Source: an uncultured delta proteobacterium
Lineage (GTDB): Bacteria; Myxococcota_A; Polyangia; Polyangiales; JAFGIB01
NCBI GenBank assembly: GCA_963778655.1
Contig: CAVZVA010000003.1
Coordinates: forward strand, 96,001 to 160,000
DNA length: 64,000 bases
Direction of reading: 5' to 3'
This document shows positions 1 to 12,469 of the stretch, piece after piece. Position 1 is the stretch's first letter; the number at the start of each line of letters is the position of its first letter. Both the position numbers and the translations under genes were made by a program. The notes below the pieces were generated by a model, which saw only the letters and a list, made by a program, of their open reading frames with translations, made no database searches and was not told the origin of the DNA.

Positions 1-94
1 GGCTGAAACGGGCGACTTCGACGCCCCGCCGCGCCAACCGCGGCAGCATGGCTGAAGCGTGCGCGTCATCCGGACGGGTTATGATCAGAATCAC
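1..94 (-). CDS. 5' fragment of a probable ATP-grasp ligase (MvdD/MvdC-like pre-ATP-grasp N-terminus); runs off the window edge
   Basis: Hand translation from GTG at 94 gives MILIITRPDDAHASAMLPRLARRGVEVARFS, matching the 'ILIxTxxDDxHAxxVxxxLxxRGxxVxRF' start of RiPP ATP-grasp ligases. GAAGGGG lies upstream. Only 31 codons are visible. Confidence 0.6.
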   Translation of the reverse strand, partial: MILIITRPDDAHASAMLPRLARRGVEVARFS

Positions 95-243
95 GGGGTC
101 GCCGTCCCCTTCGAGCCGGGCCGGCGGCTCGAGCGAAGCGACCGCGCGCGCTGCGTCGCACGACCTTCCGCTGACAAGAAGAGCTAGCGCTGCCGGTCTC
201 GACGCCAGCCGAGCAACGCGTGCGGTCGGTCCGAGGCGCTGCG

Positions 244-426
244 CTAGTAGTCGCCGACGTGTCCCTTTTGCTGGACGATTTCGTCGCCGTACAGGCGGCG
301 CGCGCGCATCATCCCGCCGCTGACGCGTTCCATCTCGGACTCGGACAGCTCCCGAACGGTCTTCTTCTTCTTCTTCGGGATGTCCTTTGCCTTGCTGACC
401 TTCTTCTTGACGGCTTTCTTCGCCAT
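244..426 (-). CDS. Double-glycine-leader RiPP precursor (P1), 60 aa
   Basis: Lys-rich leader ending VRELSESEMERVSGG, then the 22-aa core MMRARRLYGDEIVQQKGHVGDY; GAGAGG RBS-like motif before the ATG. Confidence 0.8.
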   Translation of the reverse strand: MAKKAVKKKVSKAKDIPKKKKKTVRELSESEMERVSGGMMRARRLYGDEIVQQKGHVGDY

Positions 427-865
427 GGTCTGCCTCTCACTGCCCGTTCGCCGCGATCGAGCCTTGCGACAAACAAGGTTTCACGGATCGATTTTGCCGT
501 CAACGGGCTCCCCCCCCCACTGCTGCAACCAGACCGCGACATCGAAGTCGGTGGGGTCGTTCCAGGCCGGACGGACGGGGCAAGCGCGCAGCCTCGCCGT
601 GCTCGCGGCAAGCGCCGGTCCCGGTGCCCGCAAGCGGCGGCTGCCATCCCGGTGTAGGGGAAGGTGGCGGTGGCTACCGTGTCCGCCGCCGGGCAGGCCG
701 CGGTGCCCACCGGGCCGGTCCGGGTTGGGGTGTCAACCCGGGACGCCGCTACTACGGCGGCGAGCCCTGGCGCGCCAATAGGCGAAGAACGGGCGCCACG
801 GTCGGCTTGAAGCCCGACCCCACGGCGTTTCCCCTTTGTTTGACACGGGGCAACCTGAGGCCCAA

Positions 866-3313
866 CTACTTGCGCTTCTTGATGTAGAGCCGCCATTGGT
901 CGCGAGCGCTGAACACTTCCTGGAAGTTGTGGCGCAGCACCGACTTGGTCTTGCGATGGATCGGCGTCTGCCAGCCGATGAACGCGGCGTCGACGTAAGA
1001 CAAGGCCGCCGGCAAGACCCGCTGGTCGGGCCGGATCCCCGCTTTGGGCCTGGGCGAACCCCGCTTGCGCGGAAGGCATTCGGGGGCCGCGAGCTCTCCG
1101 ATCGGATAGATCGAGCTCCCATATCCGTCGAGCCCGAACAGCAGCACGTCGTAGGGGGGCTCGTCCGGCGGACGCGCCTTGGGCATCTTGTACAAGCGAT
1201 ATCCGCCGAACCTGCCCATCGACACTGCGTAGCGCTTGACCAGAGCGTCCCACAGCACTTCTTCTTGCTTCGAATCCGCTGGCAGGGGGTCGCGCTCGAC
1301 CATCAGGTGGGTGATGCCGAGCGAACGGTAGTAATCGAACAACTCCTGCGGCGTGCGCAGCGGGCGATAGTCGATCATTCCCTGGAAGCCTGCCCAATCG
1401 AGCACGATCTCTCGGTTGACGCCGAGACTCCTGTGGCACATGTGCAGCAACACGCGCGCCTCCTTGGGCAGCGCCTTACCCATGGCCACGAATTCCGCGC
1501 GGTAGTGATCGAAGCGCGTTCGCGCCTGTCCTTCGAAGCCGCTGCGAATCAGGTCCATCGAGCTACGAATGGTGTTGTGACTGGTGTAGAAGAGGGCGTC
1601 CCCGCCCCAAACGATCTGCAGCGCGACCAGCGGTACCAGACCGGCGCGGGCGATCGGCCCCAGTCGCCAGGCCTTGACCAGGCATGCCGTGGTCGCGCAC
1701 ACCAGCACCGGCATGAAGGTCTGCAGGTTGCGGTCCACGTTGTACAACGCGCCCCAGGCCAGCAGCGCGCCGCTGCCCAGGCCGGTCAGCAGCAGCAGGC
1801 GCCGTCGGTCTGGGACGAAGAACGCGATCGGCAGCAGCAAGGTGAAGAGCGAGCCGAACGACGGCACGTCCTTGGTGAAGGAATAGTGCGGCTTGAACGA
1901 GAAGGTGAAGAACAGCTCCACCGCGTGCCGCAGCCTCTCCCACACGTCGCCCGTGGGCCGGAACTTGGGATCGACCAGCTGCCGGCTGATCAGGGCCGAA
2001 GCATCTCGCACGGTCGGCCTGCTGCTGCGAAAGACATCCTGCAGGAATGGATAGACCGGGTTGTTGTGAAACACGATCTGGCGGATGCACTGCGGTGAGA
2101 ACAGCAGCAGCCCCAGCCCTACGATCAGCACGGGCGCCCAGAGCAAATGCTGCAAGGGCACCGGCGCGCGCGCACCCGTGCCCTCTCGGCGGCGCGCATA
2201 CCTCGAGAGCTCGACGATCCAGCACCCGGCGATCGCGAGCCCCGCGGGCAACAGCAGATACACGGCCTGGAATTTCGTCAGCAGGTCGCCCGCGCACACG
2301 ATCGCGACCAGTGCTGCGGCACCCAGGGAGAAGCGCGAGCACAAGCGCAGCGTCGCGAGCGCGATCGGTACCGAGAAGAAGCCGCAAACGTGATCGGCGG
2401 AGCCGCCGAGGTTATCGTCATAGACGAAGATGATGGGGAACAAGAAGAAGCCAACCCACGCACCGCGGAGCTGCGGGTCCCCGACGACGGCACGCACGCA
2501 CGCCGCAACGCCGGCCAGCGTCCACAACAGCAACCCCAGCTCCAGGTGCAGCGCCAGCATCCAGCGCAAGGCCGTGTGCTCCAGCCCGGGCACCAGAAAG
2601 CCCCAGGTGAAGATCAAGCTCGCCAGGTGCGGCATGTTCTTGTTGTAGTCGCCGGGGAAGTCCACCATCCGGCCGGCGCGCGCGTACTCCTGAGCCACCA
2701 CCACGTGCGACCACGTCGCGTCGTAGTTGAGGGAGTCCGGCGTCATCAGTCCGAGGTAGAGCAGCCCCAGGCACCCCACCCCTGCGACGCCCAGCGCGAT
2801 CGGCAGCAGGCCGCCCGGCCGCGGCTGCGCGAGCTCGGACCACAGCGCCCGTAGCACGCGCGCGCCGTCCTTCGCCCCAACGGCCAGCATGAGCAGCGGA
2901 AGCGCGACCGCAAAGCGCGGGTCGTACCAGGCGCACGCTCCACCCAGATACATCGCCAGCGTGAACACCACGACGCCGACCGCGGTGCCCAAGACGGCAG
3001 CCTCCAGGGCCGGAGGGTCCGCGAGCTTCAACACCCGCGTCAGGACGCTCAGGCCCGCGCTCATGCACGCCAGGCTGAACAGGGCCACCCAACCCCAGAG
3101 CATCGCGAGCTGCCAGAACAGCCACAGCGGCACCGGGTAGACTCCGTTCAGAAACCGCGCGTAGAACAGCGCCGCTAGCATCGCGAGCACACACGCGCAG
3201 CCCGCTGCGACGCGCCGCCTCTCACGCCGCAGCCAGGAGACGCCGCCGATCAGCCGGCGCACTGCGGGTCGCGTCGCGCGCGCCGGCGGCTCGGTCCGGG
3301 CGTCGTGCCTCAT
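866..3313 (-). CDS. Large polytopic membrane protein, possibly a GT-C-type glycosyltransferase
   Basis: Many hydrophobic segments, a YDATWSH loop after the early TMs, and a soluble C-terminal domain; start placed at ATG 3313 with GGAGG upstream. Confidence 0.6.
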   Translation of the reverse strand: MRHDARTEPPARATRPAVRRLIGGVSWLRRERRRVAAGCACVLAMLAALFYARFLNGVYPVPLWLFWQLAMLWGWVALFSLACMSAGLSVLTRVLKLADPPALEAAVLGTAVGVVVFTLAMYLGGACAWYDPRFAVALPLLMLAVGAKDGARVLRALWSELAQPRPGGLLPIALGVAGVGCLGLLYLGLMTPDSLNYDATWSHVVVAQEYARAGRMVDFPGDYNKNMPHLASLIFTWGFLVPGLEHTALRWMLALHLELGLLLWTLAGVAACVRAVVGDPQLRGAWVGFFLFPIIFVYDDNLGGSADHVCGFFSVPIALATLRLCSRFSLGAAALVAIVCAGDLLTKFQAVYLLLPAGLAIAGCWIVELSRYARRREGTGARAPVPLQHLLWAPVLIVGLGLLLFSPQCIRQIVFHNNPVYPFLQDVFRSSRPTVRDASALISRQLVDPKFRPTGDVWERLRHAVELFFTFSFKPHYSFTKDVPSFGSLFTLLLPIAFFVPDRRRLLLLTGLGSGALLAWGALYNVDRNLQTFMPVLVCATTACLVKAWRLGPIARAGLVPLVALQIVWGGDALFYTSHNTIRSSMDLIRSGFEGQARTRFDHYRAEFVAMGKALPKEARVLLHMCHRSLGVNREIVLDWAGFQGMIDYRPLRTPQELFDYYRSLGITHLMVERDPLPADSKQEEVLWDALVKRYAVSMGRFGGYRLYKMPKARPPDEPPYDVLLFGLDGYGSSIYPIGELAAPECLPRKRGSPRPKAGIRPDQRVLPAALSYVDAAFIGWQTPIHRKTKSVLRHNFQEVFSARDQWRLYIKKRK

Positions 3314-3688
3314 GGTGACCTCCTGCGCGCGGACGCGCTCGAGGGCCAGGCCGGCAGCACGATGGAGGCGAGCGGCTCTTGCACGGCTTTGGGGGCGCAG
3401 CGTAGCACGCGGGCCAAGAGTCCGCGCGGGCCATCGGACGCGCGCAAGCAAGCGACTGCCATCCGGGGCTCAACTGCGTGTCGAATGCGTTCTGCGGCGG
3501 CCCGTTCTTCTGAATCGCGCGCGACTGCCCTTACGGCCGGCGAGTCGTCGCCGCCTGCCAGGTGAGCAGCAGCTGCAGTGGTCCCGTGCTTTCTTTGACG
3601 GAAGCGAGACTCCGGAGCCACTGCGCAGTAGATGAGGCGGTTCGACACTGGGCGTGTCTTTGCAGACAGGGGCACGAGGCTCGCAGAC

Positions 3689-6541
3689 ATGACGCGAACT
3701 CGAACACGCGGTCTTGCGTTCGCGTCGCTCTGCTTGGGGCTGCTCGCGCCGGCGCCGGCGCTCGCAGCGTCGTTGCAAAAGGTCGACCAGAGCGATTGGG
3801 CGGTGAGCGGCCTTCCCGCCTACGTCAACATGTACATCTACGTGCCTGACAAGCTCGCGGGCAAGCCTCCGATCGTGGTTGCGCCGCACCATTGTCAGGG
3901 AACGGGCCCAGGGACGTATGGCGAGATGTCGAGCCTGGTGTCGATTGCCAACACCAATGGCTTCATCATGATCTTCCCGGAAGCGACCGGCGAGAACTGC
4001 TGGGACGCAGGGTCCGTCCGATCCCTCACTCACGACGGCGGAGGTGACACGCAAGCCATCGTTCAGATGGTGCGGTACACCCTGTCCAAGTACAACGGCG
4101 ACGCGAGTCGCGTGTACTCGGTGGGCGGCTCCTCCGGAGGCATCATGACCGAGGCGTTGCTGGGCGTATATCCCGACGTCTTCATGGCGGGCGTGTCGCT
4201 GATGGGCGTCCCGTGCGGCTGCTGGGCCCAGGGTTATAACGACGTCACCGGGACGGGGAACGCCGCCCAGTGGAGCGGAGCTTGCGGGGGAGGCAACGTC
4301 ACCAAGACCGGGCAGCAGTGGGGCGACCTCGTGCGTTCCTATTTTCCGGGCTACGACGGACATCGTCCACGCCTGCAGCATTGGCACGGCACGGCCGACA
4401 CGACGCTCAACTACAAGAACATGGCCGAAGACATCAAGGAGTGGACGAACCTGCTCGGCTTGAGTGAAAACCCGACTGGGTCCGACATGCCCAACAGCGG
4501 AACCACGCACCAGTTCTGGACGAATCCGTGCGGCTATACCGTCTACGAGACATTTTCGTTGGCTGGCGTCGGACACGCCGTGCCTTTTGACGGCAACGCC
4601 GTCGCTGCCTATTTCGGTCTCGACAAGCCCGGTGGTCAGGATCCGGAGACCGCGGCGTGTCCCGGCGCGGTTCCCGGTGGCGCGGGGAACGCCGGCGCCG
4701 GCGGTGTAGGCGGGGCCGGTGGTGTAGGTGGGGCCGGTGGTGTGGGCGGGGCGGCCGGGACGGGCGGTGCGAGCGGTGCAAGCGGCGCGGCTGGTGCGCC
4801 GGCCGGCGGTGGCATGAGCGGCAGCGTCGGTGCCTCGGGTGGCAGCGGCGTCGGCGGCGCTCCGGGTAGCGGCGGCGCGCAGGCGATCGGTAGCTCGGGC
4901 GGCGGCGGCGCGAGCGGAGTTGCCGGCAGCGCGGGCACGGGCGGTGTCCAGGTCGCGAGCGCTACCGGCGGCATGGGCCTCGACAGCGGCACCGGGGGCA
5001 GCTTGATCGCTGCAGACCCCACCCCGATGCAGCACCCGAGCTCCGGCTGCAGCTGCGCCCTGGCCCAGCGTGGGTCGAGCTCCGGCGCCGATGGCTCGGG
5101 TCTCCTCGTCGCGGCGCTGGGACTCCTGATCGCGCGGGCGCGGCGCCGCGCGCGCGGGCGCGCTGGCGGGCGAGCGTCACGCGTCACGGTGCGCACGGTC
5201 CGCGGCCGCAGAGCACCGGCTGGGCATCGGCGGCGATGCCCACGCCGGCGCGTGACGTCTCCGACTGGTCCTCCTCGCCGGGCTAAGATGGGTGGACGCG
5301 ATTGCGGCGCGGCTGACCTTCCCTTGCTCCCCAGAGCCCACCCCGGGGCGAGGCCCTCGGCTTCCTTTCGCTCCGTCTACCCGCAGTATTTTAGGCTCGC
5401 CTGGTCGTCGGTGCGGCATTTAGGCATGGAGCCCGACTCCATCTTGTTGTGCGCGGCGCTCTTGGCCTCCTGCCTGGTCGCATGCGCGGGCGGCGGCAAC
5501 AACGGCGGTACGGGTGAAGCGATCGTGGGCGGTACGGGCGGCGTGAGCGGCGGCATCGGCACCGGCGGCATCGGCACCGGCGGCATCGGCACCGGCGGCA
5601 TCGGTACGGGCGGCATCGGCACCGGCGGCATCGGCACCGGCGGCATCGGCACCGGCGGCATCGGCACCGGCGGCATCGGCACCGGCGGCATCGGCACCGG
5701 CGGCATCGGCACCGGCGGCGTCGGCACCGGCGGCATCGGCACCGGCGGCATCGGCACCGGCGGCATCGGCACCGGCGGCATCGGCACCGGCGGCATCGGC
5801 ACCGGCGGCATCGGCGGTGCTAGCGGTTCCGGAGCAGGCGGCGGCGCAGCCGGCGGTGCCTCGACGGGCGGCACAGGCGGTACGGTAAGCTGCTCGGGTG
5901 CCCCCTTGAGCGGAGGAACTCCGCACTGCTCATCAAATGGCTCGGGCACCGCGGGCAGTTACTCGTGGTCCATCTGGTCGAGCGGAAGTGGGGGATGCAT
6001 CACCCCCTATGGGGTCGGTGCTGCGTTCAAGGCAACCTGGAACAACGCTGGGGACTTTCTGGCCCGCGAGGGCTTTCAGTGGGACGAGACCAAGACGTAC
6101 GACCAATATGGAAGCATCTCAGCGGACTACGCCTACACAAAAACGGGAAGCGCCGGAGGCTACTCATATATAGGAATCTATGGATGGTCGAACAACCCAC
6201 TGGTCGAATACTACATCGTCGACGACTGGTTCGGGTCGGGCCCACCCACGGGTGGTGGCGCCCTCAAGGGATCTCTGACCGTTGATGGCGGCACGTACAA
6301 CATCTATACGCACACGCAAACCAACCAACCTTCCATTCATGGCACAGCGACCTTTGTGCAGTTCTTCAGTATTCGGCAGACACCTCGTCAATGCGGACAT
6401 ATATCCATTAGCGAACACTTCAAGAAGTGGGCCAGCTTGGGCATGACACTGGGGAACATGTACGAGGCGAAGATTCTGGTAGAGGCAGGAGGTGGTAACG
6501 GAAGCATTGATTTCACGACGGCGACCATGACAGCCCAATGA
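3689..6541 (+). CDS. As sequenced, one ORF: secreted PHB-depolymerase/CE1-like esterase + Gly-rich linker + MYXO-CTERM-like tail, continuing in frame into a GH11 xylanase
   Basis: Signal peptide, GGSSGG nucleophile, WHGTAD and GVGH esterase motifs; SGCSC...[16 protein letters not shown] tail; no stop codon before the GH11 part. Confidence 0.75.
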   Translation: MTRTRTRGLAFASLCLGLLAPAPALAASLQKVDQSDWAVSGLPAYVNMYIYVPDKLAGKPPIVVAPHHCQGTGPGTYGEMSSLVSIANTNGFIMIFPEATGENCWDAGSVRSLTHDGGGDTQAIVQMVRYTLSKYNGDASRVYSVGGSSGGIMTEALLGVYPDVFMAGVSLMGVPCGCWAQGYNDVTGTGNAAQWSGACGGGNVTKTGQQWGDLVRSYFPGYDGHRPRLQHWHGTADTTLNYKNMAEDIKEWTNLLGLSENPTGSDMPNSGTTHQFWTNPCGYTVYETFSLAGVGHAVPFDGNAVAAYFGLDKPGGQDPETAACPGAVPGGAGNAGAGGVGGAGGVGGAGGVGGAAGTGGASGASGAAGAPAGGGMSGSVGASGGSGVGGAPGSGGAQAIGSSGGGGASGVAGSAGTGGVQVASATGGMGLDSGTGGSLIAADPTPMQHPSSGCSCALAQRGSSSGADGSGLLVAALGLLIARARRRARGRAGGRASRVTVRTVRGRRAPAGHRRRCPRRRVTSPTGPPRRAKMGGRDCGAADLPLLPRAHPGARPSASFRSVYPQYFRLAWSSVRHLGMEPDSILLCAALLASCLVACAGGGNNGGTGEAIVGGTGGVSGGIGTGGIGTGGIGTGGIGTGGIGTGGIGTGGIGTGGIGTGGIGTGGIGTGGIGTGGVGTGGIGTGGIGTGGIGTGGIGTGGIGTGGIGGASGSGAGGGAAGGASTGGTGGTVSCSGAPLSGGTPHCSSNGSGTAGSYSWSIWSSGSGGCITPYGVGAAFKATWNNAGDFLAREGFQWDETKTYDQYGSISADYAYTKTGSAGGYSYIGIYGWSNNPLVEYYIVDDWFGSGPPTGGGALKGSLTVDGGTYNIYTHTQTNQPSIHGTATFVQFFSIRQTPRQCGHISISEHFKKWASLGMTLGNMYEAKILVEAGGGNGSIDFTTATMTAQ
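5426..6541 (+). CDS. GH11 endo-1,4-beta-xylanase lipoprotein (probably a separate gene with its own start)
   Basis: [20 protein letters not shown] lipoprotein-type signal, GIGTG linker, and GH11 motifs [11 protein letters not shown] and [10 protein letters not shown] carrying both catalytic Glu. Confidence 0.75.
   Translation: MEPDSILLCAALLASCLVACAGGGNNGGTGEAIVGGTGGVSGGIGTGGIGTGGIGTGGIGTGGIGTGGIGTGGIGTGGIGTGGIGTGGIGTGGIGTGGVGTGGIGTGGIGTGGIGTGGIGTGGIGTGGIGGASGSGAGGGAAGGASTGGTGGTVSCSGAPLSGGTPHCSSNGSGTAGSYSWSIWSSGSGGCITPYGVGAAFKATWNNAGDFLAREGFQWDETKTYDQYGSISADYAYTKTGSAGGYSYIGIYGWSNNPLVEYYIVDDWFGSGPPTGGGALKGSLTVDGGTYNIYTHTQTNQPSIHGTATFVQFFSIRQTPRQCGHISISEHFKKWASLGMTLGNMYEAKILVEAGGGNGSIDFTTATMTAQ
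5552..5815 (+). repeat. 15-bp tandem repeat GGCATCGGCACCGGC (GIGTG), 17 full units plus a partial unit
   Basis: Counted directly; one unit encodes GVGTG and one carries synonymous changes. Confidence 0.95.
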
Positions 6542-6659
6542 GTCATCTCGCATTCGGCCGCGTTGGATGTATCGCTGAGCGAGCGCAATGGACGGGAGCC
6601 AAAGGCTCGCTCGGGCACTGGAAGCACAATGGACGGGCTTGTGGGCGGCGAGTGCGAGC

Positions 6660-8870
<2,211 letters not shown>

Positions 8871-9038
8871 TCAACCGCTCCAGCGGGCGTCCGCAATCCG
8901 ATCGTCGCCACCGAACCTGGTGAGCCCCGTCGAATATGCGAAGAACGTAGGAGCCACCGGCTCACCGCGCCATTCGATTCTTAATATCGATTGGAGAGGC
9001 CAGAGCTATATTAGGCACGACCATCGCGTGCGCATAGA

Positions 9039-9076
9039 TCAGAGCTCGCGATTCGATCCCGAATCGCGAGCTCTGA
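9039..9076. terminator. Perfect 17-bp inverted repeat with a 4-nt loop; possible terminator or structured element
   Basis: TCAGAGCTCGCGATTCG-atcc-CGAATCGCGAGCTCTGA; no clear U-tract, so the function is uncertain. Confidence 0.5.
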
Positions 9077-9224
9077 AGGCCCCCCGAGGGCCCCTTCCAC
9101 ATCAGGAAGGGAGCGGCGGCTTCAGCGGGTCCAACGCGGGTGCGAGCGGCGCACGGAACGCGTTCACGGCCGCCTGAGTCAAGCGCGCGCTGAAACCGAA
9201 GCTCGAACCGAGGTCGCCGCGCTT

Positions 9225-11099
9225 TCAGACCGAAGGTCGAACCGAGGCTGCGAGCAGCTCGTGCACGCTCGCCAGCAAGGCCTGAGGTTTGTACGGCTTG
9301 CTCAGAAAGCGCGCGCCGCGTTCCGCAAAGTCCGCCGGCAGGACGCTCGCTGCATACCCGGTGGTGAATAGCACCTTGACGCTCGGGTCGATCTCCTGGA
9401 TGCGGAGAAATGCCTGCCAGCCGTCGAGCTCCGGCATGATCACGTCGAGAATCACCAGATCGATCGCGCGCAAGTGCTCGCGATACAACTCCACCGCGCG
9501 GACCCCATTGGGGGCGGTGAGCACAGTATAACCCGCGCTCTCGAGGATGCGCACGAGCTGGGACCGCACCACGTCTTCGTCCTCTGCAACGAGGACCACG
9601 CCGGTCCCCGCGACGCTGGGTCCGAGTGGCGCCACGGTTTGCTCGGCCTCGGGTGGGACGCGTGGCAAACGGACCTTGATCGTGGATCCACTACGGCCAT
9701 CGCTCTCGGCAGTCATCACCCCGCCGTGTGCTCCGACGATCCCGGCCGCGACCGCCAAGCCCAGACCAGATCCGGCGCCCTTGGTGGTAAAGAACGGTTC
9801 GAAGACACGGCCCAGGTCTCCAGGGGCTATGCCGATGCCCGTGTCCAATACACTCATCACGACGTGGCTCGGGCCGTCGGGCTCGATCCGAATCGTCAAC
9901 GTGCCGCCCTCGACCATGGCATCGCGCGCGTTCACGCACAGGTTGATAAGAACCTGCTCGAACTGAGGCGCATCAAGCTCGACGAAGTAGGCTTGGGCAG
10001 GGGGCTCGAATTTGACGACGACGTTCTCCGGAATTACGCGGCGCAACATGCGGACGCTCTGCGAAACGAGCGTCCCCAACTCGACGCACTTGGAATCGAC
10101 GCGCTTGCGTCGGCCGATCGCCAGCAAGTGCGAGGTGAGCTCCGCGCCCTGTTCCGTGGCCCGCTGCGCTTGCTGCAACTCGTCGGTGGGAACCTTGCCC
10201 CTCTCGAGGCTTCGCTGCGCGAAGAATAGATTTCCTTGAATGACCTGGAGCAAGTTGTTGAAGTCGTGAGCGACTCCGCCGGCAAGCTGCCCCAAGCTTT
10301 CGAGGCGCTGAGCCCGGTGCAACTGCTCCTGCGTCTGTCTCAGCGCCTGTTCGGAGCGCTTGCGCTCGGTGATGTCCGAGGTGATCAGCAACACGTGCTC
10401 GACCCTCGCCTCGAGCGCGATCGGCACTACGCGCACGAGGTACCAGGCAGTCGACTTGCCGTCGCCGTATCCTTCGCTTTCATATTGTCCGACCTTGCCT
10501 GAGTCGAATGCTGCGTCAATCACCGCCCTTTCCGTGGCGTCGTACGAGCTGAACTCCGCAAGCTTCTTGCCGATCACGTCTTCGAGCGTCAGACCCGGTG
10601 CCAGGCGATTGGCCCAAACGAAGCGACGGTCACGGTCCACCATCGCAACGAAATCCGGAAGATGCTCGACGACGCGGCGACGAAACTCGATGCTGCGTTC
10701 GAGCGCTTCGCGCAGACTCTGTAGGTCGGAGACATCCTCGGTGAGCATCAGCGCCAGCTCCTCGCCCGATGGACCCTTGAATGGCAGCACGCGGGTTTCG
10801 ATGTGGCGCCGCGACCCGTCGGAGAGCACGACGGTGTAGTCGAGCTGGCGAGCTTCCCTCCTGGCGAATGCATCCTCCACGCACGCAATCACGGCCTCCC
10901 GCTGCGGGGCAGCGATGAATTCCTCCATCAGCTTGCCCACGACGCCAGAGAGATCGCGACTCAGCGTGCGGTTGAGAAAGACGATGCGTCGTTGCCGATC
11001 GATGCAGCTGACGTAACCAGGGACGGCCTGCGCCAGGGCTCGAAACAGCAAGGCCGCGAGATCGTTGTCGCGGAGCTCGTCTAGCTTATCTTCAGGCAT
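9225..11099 (-). CDS. Hybrid sensor histidine kinase (2 PAS + HisKA + HATPase + receiver)
   Basis: GGVAHDFNNLL H-box, NLCVNARDAM, FEPFFTTKG, and receiver motifs LVAEDE / ILDVIMP / KPY. Confidence 0.95.
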   Translation of the reverse strand: MPEDKLDELRDNDLAALLFRALAQAVPGYVSCIDRQRRIVFLNRTLSRDLSGVVGKLMEEFIAAPQREAVIACVEDAFARREARQLDYTVVLSDGSRRHIETRVLPFKGPSGEELALMLTEDVSDLQSLREALERSIEFRRRVVEHLPDFVAMVDRDRRFVWANRLAPGLTLEDVIGKKLAEFSSYDATERAVIDAAFDSGKVGQYESEGYGDGKSTAWYLVRVVPIALEARVEHVLLITSDITERKRSEQALRQTQEQLHRAQRLESLGQLAGGVAHDFNNLLQVIQGNLFFAQRSLERGKVPTDELQQAQRATEQGAELTSHLLAIGRRKRVDSKCVELGTLVSQSVRMLRRVIPENVVVKFEPPAQAYFVELDAPQFEQVLINLCVNARDAMVEGGTLTIRIEPDGPSHVVMSVLDTGIGIAPGDLGRVFEPFFTTKGAGSGLGLAVAAGIVGAHGGVMTAESDGRSGSTIKVRLPRVPPEAEQTVAPLGPSVAGTGVVLVAEDEDVVRSQLVRILESAGYTVLTAPNGVRAVELYREHLRAIDLVILDVIMPELDGWQAFLRIQEIDPSVKVLFTTGYAASVLPADFAERGARFLSKPYKPQALLASVHELLAASVRPSV

Positions 11100-11275
11100 G
11101 AGCTCACAAGGCTATCGCGCCTCGGGCCACGTGCCCAGAGATCGCGATTCGACACGCACAGACACGTGGTCGAACGCCGCCACGACGACGTTGTGATCCG
11201 CATTAAATGCATTGGATCGGCTGCCTACGGCGCGCTAAGGTGGGACCGGTTCACGTGGTCGACGAGGTCCTCTGA

Positions 11276-12349
11276 ATGGGCAGCACCACGCCATCGGCGA
11301 CGCTGCTCGAGCTACTCGGGATCGACACGCCGATCATTCAGGCGCCCATGGCGGGCGTTTCGACGCCCGAAATGGCGGCCGCGGTGTCGAACGCAGGCGC
11401 GCTCGGGTCGATCGGTGTTGGGGCAACGAACGCGGCGGGAGCGCAGAAGCTGATCGCCACGTTCCGCGAGCGGTCGCACGGTTCGCTCAACGTGAATGTC
11501 TTCTGCCACGCGCCGGCGCGTGCCGACTCCGCGCGCGAGGCGCGCTGGGTCGAGCTTCTCCGACCGCAGTTCGCCCGGTTTGGCGCGAGGCCGCCGGTCA
11601 GGCTCACGGAGATCTATCGGAGCTTCGTCGAGGACGACGGCATGCTCTCCATGCTTCTCGTCGAGAGGCCGCGGGTGGTCAGCTTTCATTTCGGCATTCC
11701 CTCGCGCGAACGGATCGAAGCGCTACACGACGCGGGAATCGTGCTCCTGGGCTCGGCAACGAGTGCTGCGGAAGCGCGCGCGCTTGCCGAGGCTGGCGTG
11801 GACGCGGTCGTTGCGCAGGGCTACGAGGCAGGAGGCCATCGCGGCGTGTTCGATCCGAACGCCGACGACGACCGCCTGGGCACGTTCGCGCTCACCCGGC
11901 TGCTGGTTCGCGAGATCGATCGGCCCATCATCGCAGCGGGAGGCATCATGGACGGCGACGGCATCGCCGCGGCCCTTCGTTTGGGTGCGAGCGCAGCGCA
12001 GCTGGGCACCGCGTTCGTCTCATGTGACGAGTCGCAAGCCGACCCGCGATACCGCGCGGCGCTGAAGAGCGATGCCGCGCACCACACCGTGATGACCCGG
12101 GTGATTTCCGGCCGACCGGCAAGGAGCCTCGCCAATCGATTCACCGCGCTCGGCCGCGAGCTCGCGCCCCGCGACGTGCCCGACTATCCCATCGCGTACG
12201 CCGCCGGCAAGGCGCTCCACGCCGCGGGCAAGGCCAAGGGCGACTTCGGCTTTGGCGCGCACTGGGCCGGCCAAGGCGCGCCCCTGTCGCGCGCGATGCC
12301 GGCCGCGGATCTGGTCGCGCTCTTGCGACAAGAAGCAGCCGGGCAGTGA
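11276..12349 (+). CDS. Nitronate monooxygenase family flavoprotein
   Basis: PIIQAPMAG, AQGYEAGGHRG and IIAAGGIMDG motifs. Confidence 0.93.
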   Translation: MGSTTPSATLLELLGIDTPIIQAPMAGVSTPEMAAAVSNAGALGSIGVGATNAAGAQKLIATFRERSHGSLNVNVFCHAPARADSAREARWVELLRPQFARFGARPPVRLTEIYRSFVEDDGMLSMLLVERPRVVSFHFGIPSRERIEALHDAGIVLLGSATSAAEARALAEAGVDAVVAQGYEAGGHRGVFDPNADDDRLGTFALTRLLVREIDRPIIAAGGIMDGDGIAAALRLGASAAQLGTAFVSCDESQADPRYRAALKSDAAHHTVMTRVISGRPARSLANRFTALGRELAPRDVPDYPIAYAAGKALHAAGKAKGDFGFGAHWAGQGAPLSRAMPAADLVALLRQEAAGQ

Positions 12350-12469
12350 CCGTCCCCGCTAGGCGCCTCGTGCAAATTGGTTCCTCATGCCACTATCGGC
12401 CACCACATGGTCCGGCGCAGATGTTGTGCTAGCGTCGGTGCGCCCGACCCTCGCAGCGGAGACTTCGTG

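Noticed and set aside
836..2098. Long antisense or alternate-frame ORFs (also 3470-5035, 7308-8984, 40325-43072, 50415-51989, 52161-54008)
   Set aside because: They shadow well-supported genes, lack motifs, and are expected in high-GC DNA.
5552..5815. Regular repeat array considered as CRISPR
   Set aside because: The 15-bp units are contiguous with no spacers, in frame within a CDS, and no cas genes are present.
8970..9015. OxyR/PerR box upstream of katG
   Set aside because: AT-rich, but I could not fit a convincing consensus by eye.
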